A stretch of DNA of 61,165 nucleotides from a virus (Duplodnaviria > Caudoviricetes), in IMG/VR virus record IMGVR_UViG_3300042478_002789, positions 1 through 61,165 of that record. One strand, given 5' to 3'. Each line of letters opens with the position of its first letter. The first letter of the stretch is position 1. The notes under the pieces are model-generated. The model did not search any database, was not told where the DNA came from, and saw only the letters and a list, made by a program, of their open reading frames with translations. This document shows, piece by piece, positions 43,882 through 53,973 of the stretch. Made by a program: the position numbers and the translations under genes.

Positions 43882-46698
43882 ATGGCCAATAGTTGCAACC
43901 CCCAGAGGTCCAAGGTGCTTACCCCCGCTTTCCAGCGGGTGGAGGTGCAGCGCCAGCAGCTTGAGGCGATGAAGGCGGGAGACGAGCCATTCCGCGCCAT
44001 GAACGGCTTTCTCAAGTTCATGTCGGGCTTCGTCTCGCTGGACAACCTGGCCACCACTTGGCCCCAGTTGCGCCCCTATGTCAACGCCCTGAAGACGGGC
44101 GAGCAGATTCGTAGCCGACTGAACTACGAGTATGCCGAGTCGATGCGCAAGGTGGCCGACCTCGACACCAAAGAGGGGCGGGCCATCACCCGCATCATGG
44201 AGGTGGAGGATGCCGAGGGCCGCCTCGCCACCGAAAACGGAGATGGCACCGCTACCATCACGGCGCAGCAGGATCACGTCGGCGTCAAGCAGGGCGAGAC
44301 GGTAACCCTCCCCAAGAAACTGAATGATACCCGCAAGGAAATGCGGCGGGTGATGGACGAACTCTTCACCCACATGATCGATTCCACCAAGGTGGCGATG
44401 GGGTATGGGCCCAACGAGACACCCATGGGCAGGGATGCCCTCATCCTTCGGCGCATGGAATCCATCCGCAAGGAGGGCTACATCCCCCATATCCGCAAGG
44501 GGCGCTGGGGCATCACCTACAACCTCAACGGGCAGATGCACCTCCAGGACTTCGGGTGGAATCCCATCAAGGGTTTCCAGGGCGGGGGCAAGCAGCAGGC
44601 CCTCAAGCGCATCGAGGAGTTGAGGAAGCTGGGGGCCACCGAGATCTCCCAGCCCTTCGACATGGTGGAGCGCAAGGAACTTCTCAAGCAGTTTCTCCCC
44701 AAGGTCGATGCCATCACCAAGATGGACATTCTCTTTACGGCCATCCTCAATCCCAAGAAGAATGGCCGGGCTAGCATGGAGGAGGTGAAGGACATCCTTC
44801 AGTCCCTCCGGCAGGAAGCTGCCGTGCCCATGGCCCGCCTGCGCAAGCGCGAGAACATTCCGGGGTGGCTCACCCCCGAGAATTACGATACCTACCTCCG
44901 TAGTATCTTCGCGCCGTTCGTGGCATCCACCTCCGATTGGGTAGCCAACAAGGCCACCGAGGGGCTGCGCCGGGAGGCGATGGCCTCCATCAAGAACGAC
45001 CCCAAGTTGCTGGATATCGCCAACACCCAGGAGGAGTACCTTCATAGCAACGAGGCGCGCACCGCCCAGTTGAAGGCCCTGGCCTTCTTCTATACGCTGT
45101 GGGGCAACCTCTCCTCCGCCGTCGTCAACTTCACCCAGATTCCCCACGCCTCCCTTCCTTTCCTGGGCGCGGCGGGTGGCACCGGCAATGCCGCCATGCA
45201 ACTCGGGCGGGCCATCAAGGATATCACCAAGGCCTTCACCTTTTCTGCGGGGGGCGACCCCTTTGAAATCGAGAAGCTGGCGGGCAAGGTGAGTCCCGCC
45301 GAGTTGGAGATGCTGCGAGAGGGCTTGAAGCGGGGCCACTTCCAGGCTATGCTTTCGCGCGACCAGGCCCCTACCCAGCTTGCCGGCAGCCAGATAAAGG
45401 AGTTGTACGCGGCGGGCAAGCTCATCGGCAAGGTGGTGGAGGTAGGCTCTTACGCCTTCACCGCCGTGGAGACGATGAACCGAATGGCCACGGCCCTCGC
45501 TGCCTTCAGGATGGCGCAGGACAAGAAGACCCTGGCCACCCTGGGCAAGTTCGGGAAGAACGTGGGGGTGGAGGTCAACGACCCCATGGAGGCCGCCTTC
45601 TTCGCCTCCGATAACACCCAGGGTACGATGTCCAAGGCCTTTCGTGCGCGCTACATGCACGGGATGGCCCTCGGGGTCCTGACGCAGTTTGCCGCCTTCC
45701 CCATCTTCATGCTGGGCCTCTTCAACAAGTCGATGCGCTACTACGGGGGCAACCTCGCCAACTCCCCAGAGGCGCGCAAGATGACGACGCTCCTCTTCCT
45801 GGGCGTCATGTCCACCTCGGGGATTTGGGGCCTGCCCTTCCTTGCTCCGGCGGGCGATGCCCTCGATTGGTTCACCCGCAAGTTCGGGGTGGAGTTGGGC
45901 ATCAGTCCCACGGCGGTGCGCGCGCAGGTGCGCGAGGCCCTCCAGGATATGTTCAAGAGTGTGCCCGCCCTCAACTTCTTGGGGACCCCCGCCGAGTTGG
46001 CCGACATGGTCCTCAACGGGCCGTTCCGCGCCTCGGGGGTGGATATCTCCAAGAGGACGGCGCTGGACATCATCCAGTTCAATCCGCTGCAACTCGATTG
46101 GACCAACTTCGGTCCCCTTGGGGGCGCGGTGGGCGGCGGCATCCGTGACTTCCTGGCCTACAAGAGCAAGGGCGAGGACGCCATGGCCTACGCCTCCCTG
46201 GCCCCCTTGATGGTCCGCAACATCGTCAAGTCCCAGGTAATGCAGGAATCGGGCTTCATCACCCCAGGCAAGATCGAGCCGGCGGTGCCCGCCAAGGAGA
46301 TGCGGGAGGCCGTCGATGTGGCCAAGGTGGGCATGGGCTTCACTCCCACGAAGGTGGCGGTGGGCCGCGAGAAGCTGGAGGAGACCAAGCAACTCGGCAC
46401 CAAGATGGACGAGGCGCGGCAGTCCTATAGCGACAAGATTGCCACCGCCCTCAACAAGTCCCTCAATGCGCTGGATGCCGAGGCCCGCGTGAAGTACCGG
46501 CAAGAAGCCAACGAGTACTTCAAGGAGATTGCCAAGTATGATAGGGGCAAGCCCCTCCGGGACCGCATCATCCAGGATCCCTCCTCCTTCAATACCAGCA
46601 TCCAGAACAAGCTGAAGAAGATGCAGTTGGGCCCCGAGCGCCTGGAAGCGGTACCCAAGGGGGTTCGCGGGGAATATGCCGCCAGATTGCGAGAGTAA
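43882..46698 (+). CDS. Large internal virion protein
   Basis: 938 aa; YIPHIRKG, SSAVVNFTQ, E..NR motifs of DNA-transfer proteins. Confidence 0.7.
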   Translation: MANSCNPQRSKVLTPAFQRVEVQRQQLEAMKAGDEPFRAMNGFLKFMSGFVSLDNLATTWPQLRPYVNALKTGEQIRSRLNYEYAESMRKVADLDTKEGRAITRIMEVEDAEGRLATENGDGTATITAQQDHVGVKQGETVTLPKKLNDTRKEMRRVMDELFTHMIDSTKVAMGYGPNETPMGRDALILRRMESIRKEGYIPHIRKGRWGITYNLNGQMHLQDFGWNPIKGFQGGGKQQALKRIEELRKLGATEISQPFDMVERKELLKQFLPKVDAITKMDILFTAILNPKKNGRASMEEVKDILQSLRQEAAVPMARLRKRENIPGWLTPENYDTYLRSIFAPFVASTSDWVANKATEGLRREAMASIKNDPKLLDIANTQEEYLHSNEARTAQLKALAFFYTLWGNLSSAVVNFTQIPHASLPFLGAAGGTGNAAMQLGRAIKDITKAFTFSAGGDPFEIEKLAGKVSPAELEMLREGLKRGHFQAMLSRDQAPTQLAGSQIKELYAAGKLIGKVVEVGSYAFTAVETMNRMATALAAFRMAQDKKTLATLGKFGKNVGVEVNDPMEAAFFASDNTQGTMSKAFRARYMHGMALGVLTQFAAFPIFMLGLFNKSMRYYGGNLANSPEARKMTTLLFLGVMSTSGIWGLPFLAPAGDALDWFTRKFGVELGISPTAVRAQVREALQDMFKSVPALNFLGTPAELADMVLNGPFRASGVDISKRTALDIIQFNPLQLDWTNFGPLGGAVGGGIRDFLAYKSKGEDAMAYASLAPLMVRNIVKSQVMQESGFITPGKIEPAVPAKEMREAVDVAKVGMGFTPTKVAVGREKLEETKQLGTKMDEARQSYSDKIATALNKSLNALDAEARVKYRQEANEYFKEIAKYDRGKPLRDRIIQDPSSFNTSIQNKLKKMQLGPERLEAVPKGVRGEYAARLRE

Positions 46699-46704
46699 TA
46701 TAGC

Positions 46705-46733
46705 TTGACTTCCGAGGGCATGCCCCCTAAGAT
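46705..46733 (+). promoter_or_regulatory. Sigma70-type promoter, probably leaderless (glycosyltransferase operon)
   Basis: TTGACT-17-TAAGAT-6 nt-ATG. Confidence 0.65.
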
Positions 46734-46739
46734 TCAGGC

Positions 46740-47501
46740 ATGCTGCACATCTTCATTGGCTATGACCCTAGGGAGGACATCGCCTACAAGGTAGCCGCGC
46801 ATAGCATCAAGCGGCATTGTAGCGTTCCCTGCGTCATCACCCCGCTCAAGCTGGACTCCCTGAAGGCTGCAGGGAAGTATTGGCGCACACTCTACCGGGA
46901 AGGCAATCAGATGATCGACATGGGGGACGGCAAGCCGTTCTCCACGGAGTTCTCTTTTTCGCGCTTTCTCGTGCCCCACCTGGCCCACCAGAATGGCATC
47001 GAGGACCTTGTGGTCTTCGTGGATTGCGACTTCCTCTTCTTCGAGGACATCGCAAAGATGCTCCAGTTCTGTGATCCCGAGCGGGCAGTCTCGGTGGTGC
47101 AGCACAAGTTTCGTCCCAAAGAAGCCGTCAAGATGGACGGGGTTGCGCAGCAGCAGTACCACCGCAAGTTGTGGTCCTCCCTCATGGTTCTGAATCCCCT
47201 GCACCCCCATTGCAGGAAGCTGGACCTCGAAGCGGTCAACACCCAGAAGGGGTCGTGGCTGCACGGTTTCGAGTGGACCGACTCCATAGGGGAGATCGAC
47301 GAGACTTGGAACTGGCTTCCATATCACAGTCCCACCACGCGCTACGGATACGAGAGCCCGAAGGCCATCCACTTCACTGACGGGGGACCGTGGTTCCCCA
47401 ACTACAAGGACGTTCCCTACGCTTCCGCATGGAATGCGGAGAAGGCGCTGGTTGAACACGAGTTCTACAACTGGAACCATAAGGTGGACCTCTTCCGATG
47501 A
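46740..47501 (+). CDS. Glycosyltransferase (GT-A, GT8-like)
   Basis: IFIGYDPRE, STEFSFSRFLVP, DCD, WSS, HFTDGGPW. Confidence 0.88.
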   Translation: MLHIFIGYDPREDIAYKVAAHSIKRHCSVPCVITPLKLDSLKAAGKYWRTLYREGNQMIDMGDGKPFSTEFSFSRFLVPHLAHQNGIEDLVVFVDCDFLFFEDIAKMLQFCDPERAVSVVQHKFRPKEAVKMDGVAQQQYHRKLWSSLMVLNPLHPHCRKLDLEAVNTQKGSWLHGFEWTDSIGEIDETWNWLPYHSPTTRYGYESPKAIHFTDGGPWFPNYKDVPYASAWNAEKALVEHEFYNWNHKVDLFR

Positions 47502-49666
47502 GAATCGTTACTTCTTGGGGGCCGAAGGGCTGGGACCTCTACGGCAAGAACTTCCTGGACTCCACGCGCCTGTGGGATTCCAACATCTCCCTTACGGTGT
47601 ACGTGGATGGGATGGATCCCTCGGAGGTTTCATGCCAGCACCGGGCCATCGTCGTCAAGCGCCTTGAGGAAGTCGAGGGTTTCAACGAATTCAAGCGGGC
47701 CCACGCGGACAAGGATGGGAACACCCCGGAGGGTTACAACTACCGTCTGGACGCCGTGAAGTTCTGCGCGAAGGTCTTCGCTCTGCACGATGCGGCTCGT
47801 GATCCGGCGTCCTTCCTGTGGCTCGACGGCGATGTACTCACTGCAAAGCCCCTCACCCTGGGGTGGCTCCACGAGATATGTAAGGGGCACGTCACCCACC
47901 TGGGCCGGAAGGGCATCAACTACTCGGAGACGGGCTTCATCTACTTCGCCGGCAACGAGGGGCGCACCCTTATCGCCGATATGTACGACATCTACATGAC
48001 GGGGGAGATCTTCAACTATAGCGAGTGGACCGACGCCTTCATCTTCGAGCGTGTCCTCCAGATGCACAAGATGCATGGGCTGGAGGCCGTCAACCTCGTG
48101 GACCCCGACTACGTGGGGTTGGATGCCTTCGAGAACAGCCCGCTGAAGGAGGTCTTCACCCACCTCAAGGGGGCTCGCAAGAACACCAAGGTGGTGGGCA
48201 TCAAGACCCGATACGACCAGTTGCTGGCCCTCGTCCAGCACTACATGCCCAGCACCATTCTGGAGACCGGCACGTGGAATGGTGACCGGGCCCTGCAGAT
48301 GGCGCAGGTTGCGTTTGGGAAACACGACCACGTTGTCTACCACGGCTACGACCTCTTCGAGGAGGCATCGGCGGATACCGACGCCAAGGAACACAACATC
48401 AAGAAGCACTTCTCCCTGGAGGATGTAACCAAGAAGTTGGGAGAGTTCGCGGAGGCGATGGCCGCCAAGGGAAAGAAGTTCGAGTTCCACCTCACGAAGG
48501 GGGACACCAAGGATACCCTCCGGGAAGTGGCGGGCGTGGAATTCGCGTGGCTCGACGGGGGCCACTCGGTGGATACCATCGCACATGATTGGGAGATGTG
48601 CAAGCGCATTCCCGTGGTGGTCTTCGACGACTACTACGTGGCGGACCCCGAGGGTGGGATGCCCGCCGCCGAGTTCAGGGGGGTGGAGGCCACCTTCACC
48701 CGCATCCTCCGGGAGAAGCGCGTCTACAAGAGCAAGGATAGGGTGTCCGGGGGTGGCATCGTCCAGATTGCGGCGGTGGGCGAGGGCCTCCCCGACCTAC
48801 CGGGGGCGGGCATGGGGGGTGTGCCCCTCAAGGTCACGGCGCAGGATTGCATGCCCAAGGACCACATCATCAGCAACGTCAAGGAGAACATGGAGTTGCT
48901 CTCCCGGTGGGTCACCAAGGCGCGGCCCCACTCCCGCAAGCTGGTGATCGTGTCGGCGGGCCCTGACATCCACAAGAGGAAGGACAAGATCCTCAAGATG
49001 TGGCGGGAGGGTGCCGACGTGGCGGTGGTGAAGCACTCGCTGCCCACGGTGCTGGGCTGGGGCATCGACCCCCACTACCTCGTGCTGCTGGATCCGCGCC
49101 CCGTCGATGGCATCTCCACCCACGGCATCAAGCGTACCGACCTCCTTGAGGATATTCCGCCCACCACGAAGGTGCTGGTGGCTTCGATGTCCGACCCCTC
49201 CGTCACGCGGCACGTGATGGCGCGCACCAAGAATGTGTGGGGCTGGCACGCCATGACGCAGGCGCTGCTGAAGAGCGAGGTGTTCCCGCCAGGTTCCCTT
49301 TTGGTCAACGGCGGCACCTGCGCGGCGTGGCGGGCAATGTCCCTGAGCCTCTCCCTGGGGTATAGCGAGTTCCATCTCTTCGGCTTCGACTTCTGCTACC
49401 CAGAGGGGCAGATCGACAAGACGGCCAAGGATGAGCAGGGTCGCCCCAAGTACCTGGAGATTTCCATCGGGCAGACGGGCAAGAAGTTCTGGAGCACGGG
49501 GGAGTTGATTGCCGCAAGCCAGGACGCCCAGTACTTCTTCGAGCACGCCCGGGAGATGGGCATGCGCATCTACTGTCATGGGGAGGGCGTGGGCCCCACC
49601 ATCTGGAAGCTCATCCTGGGCGACAAGAAGCAGGAGCTTCCGACCCTAGAGGAGATCTTCAAGTGA
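47498..49666 (+). CDS. Fusion of GT-A glycosyltransferase, SAM methyltransferase and Maf/MptE-like domain
   Basis: WLDGD and SETGF; LETGTWNG and LDGGHS; VSAGP, LLDPR, GGT and HLFGFDFC. Confidence 0.8.
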   Translation: MRIVTSWGPKGWDLYGKNFLDSTRLWDSNISLTVYVDGMDPSEVSCQHRAIVVKRLEEVEGFNEFKRAHADKDGNTPEGYNYRLDAVKFCAKVFALHDAARDPASFLWLDGDVLTAKPLTLGWLHEICKGHVTHLGRKGINYSETGFIYFAGNEGRTLIADMYDIYMTGEIFNYSEWTDAFIFERVLQMHKMHGLEAVNLVDPDYVGLDAFENSPLKEVFTHLKGARKNTKVVGIKTRYDQLLALVQHYMPSTILETGTWNGDRALQMAQVAFGKHDHVVYHGYDLFEEASADTDAKEHNIKKHFSLEDVTKKLGEFAEAMAAKGKKFEFHLTKGDTKDTLREVAGVEFAWLDGGHSVDTIAHDWEMCKRIPVVVFDDYYVADPEGGMPAAEFRGVEATFTRILREKRVYKSKDRVSGGGIVQIAAVGEGLPDLPGAGMGGVPLKVTAQDCMPKDHIISNVKENMELLSRWVTKARPHSRKLVIVSAGPDIHKRKDKILKMWREGADVAVVKHSLPTVLGWGIDPHYLVLLDPRPVDGISTHGIKRTDLLEDIPPTTKVLVASMSDPSVTRHVMARTKNVWGWHAMTQALLKSEVFPPGSLLVNGGTCAAWRAMSLSLSLGYSEFHLFGFDFCYPEGQIDKTAKDEQGRPKYLEISIGQTGKKFWSTGELIAASQDAQYFFEHAREMGMRIYCHGEGVGPTIWKLILGDKKQELPTLEEIFK

Positions 49667-50409
49667 ACGTCCTCATCCTCCCGGATTCCCACGCGCGCCC
49701 CGGAGTCAATAACCGCCGGTTCGAGTGGCTCCTCAAGTACCTCAAGGATACCCAGCCGGATATGCTCCTGTGCCTGGGGGACCTGGCGGATATGCCTTCC
49801 CTCTCCTCCTACGACGGGAGTGCCCTCACGGGCAATGGGCGGCGGAAGGGCAGCTTCGACGGCAGGACAATCAACGCCGACATCGCCGCCGCCAACCAGG
49901 CCCTCTTCACCCTGGGGTTGTGGAAGGGCAAGAAGGTCTTTCTCATGGGGAACCACGAGGCCCGCATCGATAGGGCGGTGGACAACGTCCCCGAGCTACG
50001 GGGTACCCTTAGTACCGACGACCTAGCTTTGGCTACCTGGGAGGTGGTGCCCTTCCTTGAGGAGTTCCAGGTGCGGGGCCTCGCCGCCTCCCACTACTTC
50101 GTCACGGGGGTGATGGGCAAGAGCGTGAGCGGGGAGTACCCGGCGGCCACCCTCCTCAAGAAGCAGTACCGCTCATGCGTCATGGGCCATACCCACATCT
50201 GGGACGTGGCCATCCGAAAGGGCAGGGAGAAGCTCTTCTCCTTGGTGGCCGGCTGCTATCTTGACCCCAACCAGAAAGAAGGCTATGCTGGTCCCGCCCA
50301 GGCCATGTGGACTTCCGGGGTCACACTACTTAAGGGTGTGGCCGGGGGGTTCCCGCATGACGGTTGGGAGTTTATTAGCACCCGGAAGCTGGAGCATACC
50401 TATGGCTAA
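49663..50409 (+). CDS. Calcineurin-like metallophosphoesterase
   Basis: PDSH, LGDLAD, GNHE, GHTH. Confidence 0.88.
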   Translation: MNVLILPDSHARPGVNNRRFEWLLKYLKDTQPDMLLCLGDLADMPSLSSYDGSALTGNGRRKGSFDGRTINADIAAANQALFTLGLWKGKKVFLMGNHEARIDRAVDNVPELRGTLSTDDLALATWEVVPFLEEFQVRGLAASHYFVTGVMGKSVSGEYPAATLLKKQYRSCVMGHTHIWDVAIRKGREKLFSLVAGCYLDPNQKEGYAGPAQAMWTSGVTLLKGVAGGFPHDGWEFISTRKLEHTYG

Positions 50410-50656
50410 GACACCCGCGTGGCAGCGCAAGGAGGGGAAGTCCGAGTCGGGCGGCCTCAACGCCAAGGGCCGCGCCTCCTACAATAGGGCCAACCCTGGC
50501 AAGCCTGGCCTCAAGGCCCCGCAGCCCGAGGGCGGTCCCCGCCGGGATAAATTCTGTGCCCGCATGAAAGGGTTAAAGAAGAAGCTCACCAGCAAGGAAA
50601 CGGCTAACGACCCCAACTCCCGAGTCAATAAATCCCTGCGCGCGTGGCGGTGCTGA
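50402..50656 (+). CDS. Small basic phage protein
   Basis: PAWQRKEGK..GGLN..FCARM. Confidence 0.75.
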   Translation: MAKTPAWQRKEGKSESGGLNAKGRASYNRANPGKPGLKAPQPEGGPRRDKFCARMKGLKKKLTSKETANDPNSRVNKSLRAWRC

Positions 50657-50826
50657 TGGCCAAGTCAACCCCCAAGAACCCCAAGCTGTGGGCTGCCACG
50701 AAGGCGGCGGCCAAGCAGAAGTTCGATGTGTACCCCAGTGCGTATGCCAATGCGTGGGCTGCCAAGGAGTACAAGAAGAAGGGCGGGACGTGGGGAGGCG
50801 CGGACAACCGCGTGAAGAAGAAGTGA
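50656..50826 (+). CDS. Small basic phage protein
   Basis: YPSAYAN..YKKKGG. Confidence 0.7.
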   Translation: MAKSTPKNPKLWAATKAAAKQKFDVYPSAYANAWAAKEYKKKGGTWGGADNRVKKK

Positions 50827-51053
50827 AGGGCGGCCTGGGCAAGTGGTTCGGGGAGAAGTGGGTTGACGTGAAGACGGGCAAGGAGTGTGGCCGCAGCGGT
50901 GCCGAGAAGGGCAAGCGCGGCTACCCAGCATGCAGGCCCGCCACTGCTGCCGCCCGCATGACCCCCTCGCAGAAGGCTACGATGGCCGCCAAGAAGACCG
51001 GGCCCCAGCGCAAGAGTTGGCCCATTAGCCCCTCGGGGAGAAGGAAGGATTAA
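50823..51053 (+). CDS. Small basic phage protein
   Basis: GL.KWF.EKWVD..CGR..YP.CRP. Confidence 0.7.
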   Translation: MKGGLGKWFGEKWVDVKTGKECGRSGAEKGKRGYPACRPATAAARMTPSQKATMAAKKTGPQRKSWPISPSGRRKD

Positions 51054-51054
51054 G

Positions 51055-51231
51055 ATGGCTGAGAAGTGGATCCAGAAGGCAGTGAAGAAGCCGGGCGCGC
51101 TGCGTCAGGCGCTGGGTGCCAAGGAGGGTGAGCCCATCCCCGCCGGCAAGCTGACCAAGGCGGCGAAGGCTCCGGGCAAGATGGGCCAGCGGGCTCGCCT
51201 CGCCCAGACCCTCAAGGGCTTCAAGAAGTAA
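51055..51231 (+). CDS. Small basic phage protein
   Basis: KWIQKAVKKPGAL...RARLAQTL. Confidence 0.7.
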   Translation: MAEKWIQKAVKKPGALRQALGAKEGEPIPAGKLTKAAKAPGKMGQRARLAQTLKGFKK

Positions 51232-51237
51232 TGAGAG

Positions 51238-51387
51238 ATGGAAGCTCTGGAGGCCGTATTGAGGCTGTGGCCTTTGGCTATTGGCTTCATCACGTTGGTG
51301 ATCGTTCTCGCTAAGTTGGACCAGAGGGTGCTGGTGATCGAGGAAAAGGTCAAGGCACTCTTCGATCTCTGGAACAAGAAGGGTTGA
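51238..51387 (+). CDS. Small membrane protein
   Basis: One TM helix plus a short coiled-coil. Confidence 0.55.
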   Translation: MEALEAVLRLWPLAIGFITLVIVLAKLDQRVLVIEEKVKALFDLWNKKG

Positions 51388-51389
51388 CC

Positions 51390-51908
51390 ATGGATTTCAT
51401 GAAGGTCATCGGGGCCGTTGCCCCTACGCTGGCCACCGCCATGGGCGGACCCCTCGCGGGCATGGCCGTCACCGCTATCGCGGGGGCCCTCGGGCTGCCT
51501 GTGGATGCCAACAAGGATGACCTGGCCAAGGCCGTGGCGGGGGCTACCCCCGAGCAACTGGTGGCCCTGAAGAAGGTGGACAACGACTTCGCCGTGAGGA
51601 TGAAGGAGCTGGACATCGACCTCGAGAAGATTGCGGCGGGGGACAGGGATAGCGCTCGGCGTCGTGAGGCCAGCGTCAAGGACTTCATGCCCCGCCTCCT
51701 CGCCTTCCTGGTGGTGGGTGGGTTCATGGGCACGGTCTTCGCCGTCCTCCTGGGCTACGTGGATGGCATGAGGGATCCCATGATGGCCACCACGGTGGGA
51801 ACCCTCATCGGCTTCGTGTCGGCAAAAGCGGAGCAGGTCATCGCCTACTACTTCGGCAGCAGCAACAGCAGCCAGCAGAAGACTGCCCTCTTGGCGGAGA
51901 AGAAATGA
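51390..51908 (+). CDS. Holin-like membrane protein
   Basis: DRDSAR, two TM helices, YYFGSS; upstream of the endolysin. Confidence 0.75.
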   Translation: MDFMKVIGAVAPTLATAMGGPLAGMAVTAIAGALGLPVDANKDDLAKAVAGATPEQLVALKKVDNDFAVRMKELDIDLEKIAAGDRDSARRREASVKDFMPRLLAFLVVGGFMGTVFAVLLGYVDGMRDPMMATTVGTLIGFVSAKAEQVIAYYFGSSNSSQQKTALLAEKK

Positions 51909-52420
51909 TGAAGGACAACTTCGATAGGTGCCTCGCTGAGGTGCTGCGCCACGAGGGCGGGTGGGCCGACCACCCCAAGGATCCCGGCGGGGCCACCATG
52001 CAGGGGGTAACCCTTGTCACCTACTCCAATTGGTTGGGCCGCGAGGCCACCAAGGATGAACTGCGCAACATGCCGCCGGCGCACCGCGACGAGATCTACC
52101 GCAAGCACTACTGGGATAAGGTGAAGGGGGACGAGCTACCCAAGGGGGTGGACCTTTGCCTCTTCGACTTCGCCGTCAATTCGGGTCCCAAGCGGGCAGT
52201 GGTGGCGGTGCAGGAGGCGCTGGGGGTCAATGCCGATGGGGCGCTGGGTCCCATGACGCTGGGTGCCATCCAGAAGGCGACGCCCTCCGCGCTCATCCCT
52301 TGGGTGATTGAGTATCGGCTGGCCTTCCTCCAGAGGTTGCCCATCTGGGATACCTTTGGAAAGGGCTGGACCAAGCGCGTCAAGGATGTGCAGAGCGTAG
52401 CCATGGAGATGGCGTCATGA
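51905..52420 (+). CDS. Endolysin, GH108 with peptidoglycan-binding domain
   Basis: HEGG...DPGGAT, FD.AVNSG, FGKGW..R. Confidence 0.92.
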   Translation: MMKDNFDRCLAEVLRHEGGWADHPKDPGGATMQGVTLVTYSNWLGREATKDELRNMPPAHRDEIYRKHYWDKVKGDELPKGVDLCLFDFAVNSGPKRAVVAVQEALGVNADGALGPMTLGAIQKATPSALIPWVIEYRLAFLQRLPIWDTFGKGWTKRVKDVQSVAMEMAS

Positions 52421-52665
52421 AGAAGCTGGCCCTCCTCCTCGCCCTGCTGCCGGGGGTGGCGTGGGCCAACTGCGGACCCGCACAGGGGGTGGCGCGCTAT
52501 CTCCTTGACAACTTCGGGGAGGTGCCTCAGGTTACCTTCCAGGCCCCCGAGATCACCTACACCTTCTATGCCGGTACCAAGAGTTGGACGCTGGTGGGTG
52601 TGAAGGGCGACGTGGCCTGCATCGTCACCGAAGGAAAGGCTTGGAAATTCAATGGCACACTTTAA
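52417..52665 (+). CDS. Small secreted protein
   Basis: Signal peptide; two Cys. Confidence 0.6.
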   Translation: MKKLALLLALLPGVAWANCGPAQGVARYLLDNFGEVPQVTFQAPEITYTFYAGTKSWTLVGVKGDVACIVTEGKAWKFNGTL

Positions 52666-52787
52666 TCAATCGTGGGATCTGCCCCCGCTCGTTGGCTCCT
52701 GCTATATGTATGGACCGCTGAAAGACGACCCCACCCTCAAGGAAGTGAAGGAGCTTCTCCTCAAGATCCTTGAGAAGCTAGAGCGTC

Positions 52788-53042
52788 ATGAAGGCGGGTG
52801 ACCTCTACTATATCGAGTGGGTGGACGCTGCGACGCTGGGCGGCCATGAGTGGCGGGAGAAGAAGGAGATCGACTCTCTCGCCGCCCCCCACATTCGCAC
52901 CGTGGGCTGGGTCCACAAGGTGACGGATACCAGCGTCCTCATCGTCAGTACCATGGACCTCCATGATACCAACGATCCCAGCTACTGGGGGGAGATGATG
53001 ATTCCCCTTGGGTGCATCACCAAGAAGAGGAAGCTGCGATGA
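52788..53042 (+). CDS. Conserved hypothetical phage protein
   Basis: IEWVDA..W..TVGW..IP.GCI. Confidence 0.7.
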   Translation: MKAGDLYYIEWVDAATLGGHEWREKKEIDSLAAPHIRTVGWVHKVTDTSVLIVSTMDLHDTNDPSYWGEMMIPLGCITKKRKLR

Positions 53043-53162
53043 CCATCACGCGCGCCAACATCCCCGCCCAGATTTCGAGGCCGCCCATGAAGAAGAAGAT
53101 GGCGCAGGGCAAGCCCAAGAACGTGGGCAAGCTGGCCAAGAAGATGCTGAAGGAGATCAAGC

Positions 53163-53423
53163 GTGGCTGACATCGTGGACTTCAGGGCAAAGCACATACC
53201 CGAGGGGATGCGCCCCGCCAAGGAGGGGGACACCGGCATGCCGGAGATTACCCAGGCCCTCGCGGAGTTGCAGAAGCTGGTGGCCGAGGGGAACCTGGAG
53301 GGATTCGTGGTGGTGGGGATGACGAAGGACAACGATTCCTTTGGGACCATCGCCGGCCTCATCTCCCCCGTGCAGATGGCGGGGATACTGGAATCGGTGA
53401 AACTCCAGCTTCTCCTGGGTTAG
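53163..53423 (+). CDS. Hypothetical protein
   Basis: AAGGAG SD; last gene of the plus-strand block. Confidence 0.6.
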   Translation: MADIVDFRAKHIPEGMRPAKEGDTGMPEITQALAELQKLVAEGNLEGFVVVGMTKDNDSFGTIAGLISPVQMAGILESVKLQLLLG

Positions 53424-53544
53424 TTGCCTTCGAGGTCCCGCAGGTGTTCTGCGATAACCTCTAGAAGCTGCACGATGTCCTCCAGGTGGGTGGGCTCCGC
53501 AGTGTTGTCCTGCAGCCACTCGTCGAGGATCTCCAGCATTTCAT

Positions 53545-53973
53545 TCAGCGCCATTGTATCTCTCCATACTCGAAGGGTTTGAGGGTAAGGATGTCCCACG
53601 GGTCGAGGGAGAAGGGCTCCCCGTCGTCGAGGTTCTTGTAGATCTGGCAGTAGGAGAGGCTACGCCCGGCGAAGATGTGCTGGAGGGCAACCCCGTAGAC
53701 TTCGCGTAGCTTCTTCTCCACGTTGCGCTTCTGGGTGAGCTTCACCTCCACCACCACGACGGGACCCTTGGGGGGCACGACGATGATGTCGGGCTGGCAC
53801 ACCGACTTGTCCCAGTAGATCCATTGGCCGTGGATGATGAAGGTGTCGAGGTTGCCTCCCTCCGCCAGGTGGCGCACCACCTTCTTCTCGTAGAGGATGC
53901 CCTTGCGCTGGATGCGCGTAGGCTTGTCCTTGGGGAGGTAGAGGGGCCTATGCCCCAGATGCGGAGAGGACAT
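53545..53973 (-). CDS. PD-(D/E)xK nuclease (resolvase-like)
   Basis: G..YE, QPDII, VVEVK. Confidence 0.75.
   Translation of the reverse strand: MSSPHLGHRPLYLPKDKPTRIQRKGILYEKKVVRHLAEGGNLDTFIIHGQWIYWDKSVCQPDIIVVPPKGPVVVVEVKLTQKRNVEKKLREVYGVALQHIFAGRSLSYCQIYKNLDDGEPFSLDPWDILTLKPFEYGEIQWR

Noticed and set aside
43051-46503. 1150-aa minus-strand ORF
   Set aside because: Antisense shadow of the internal virion genes.
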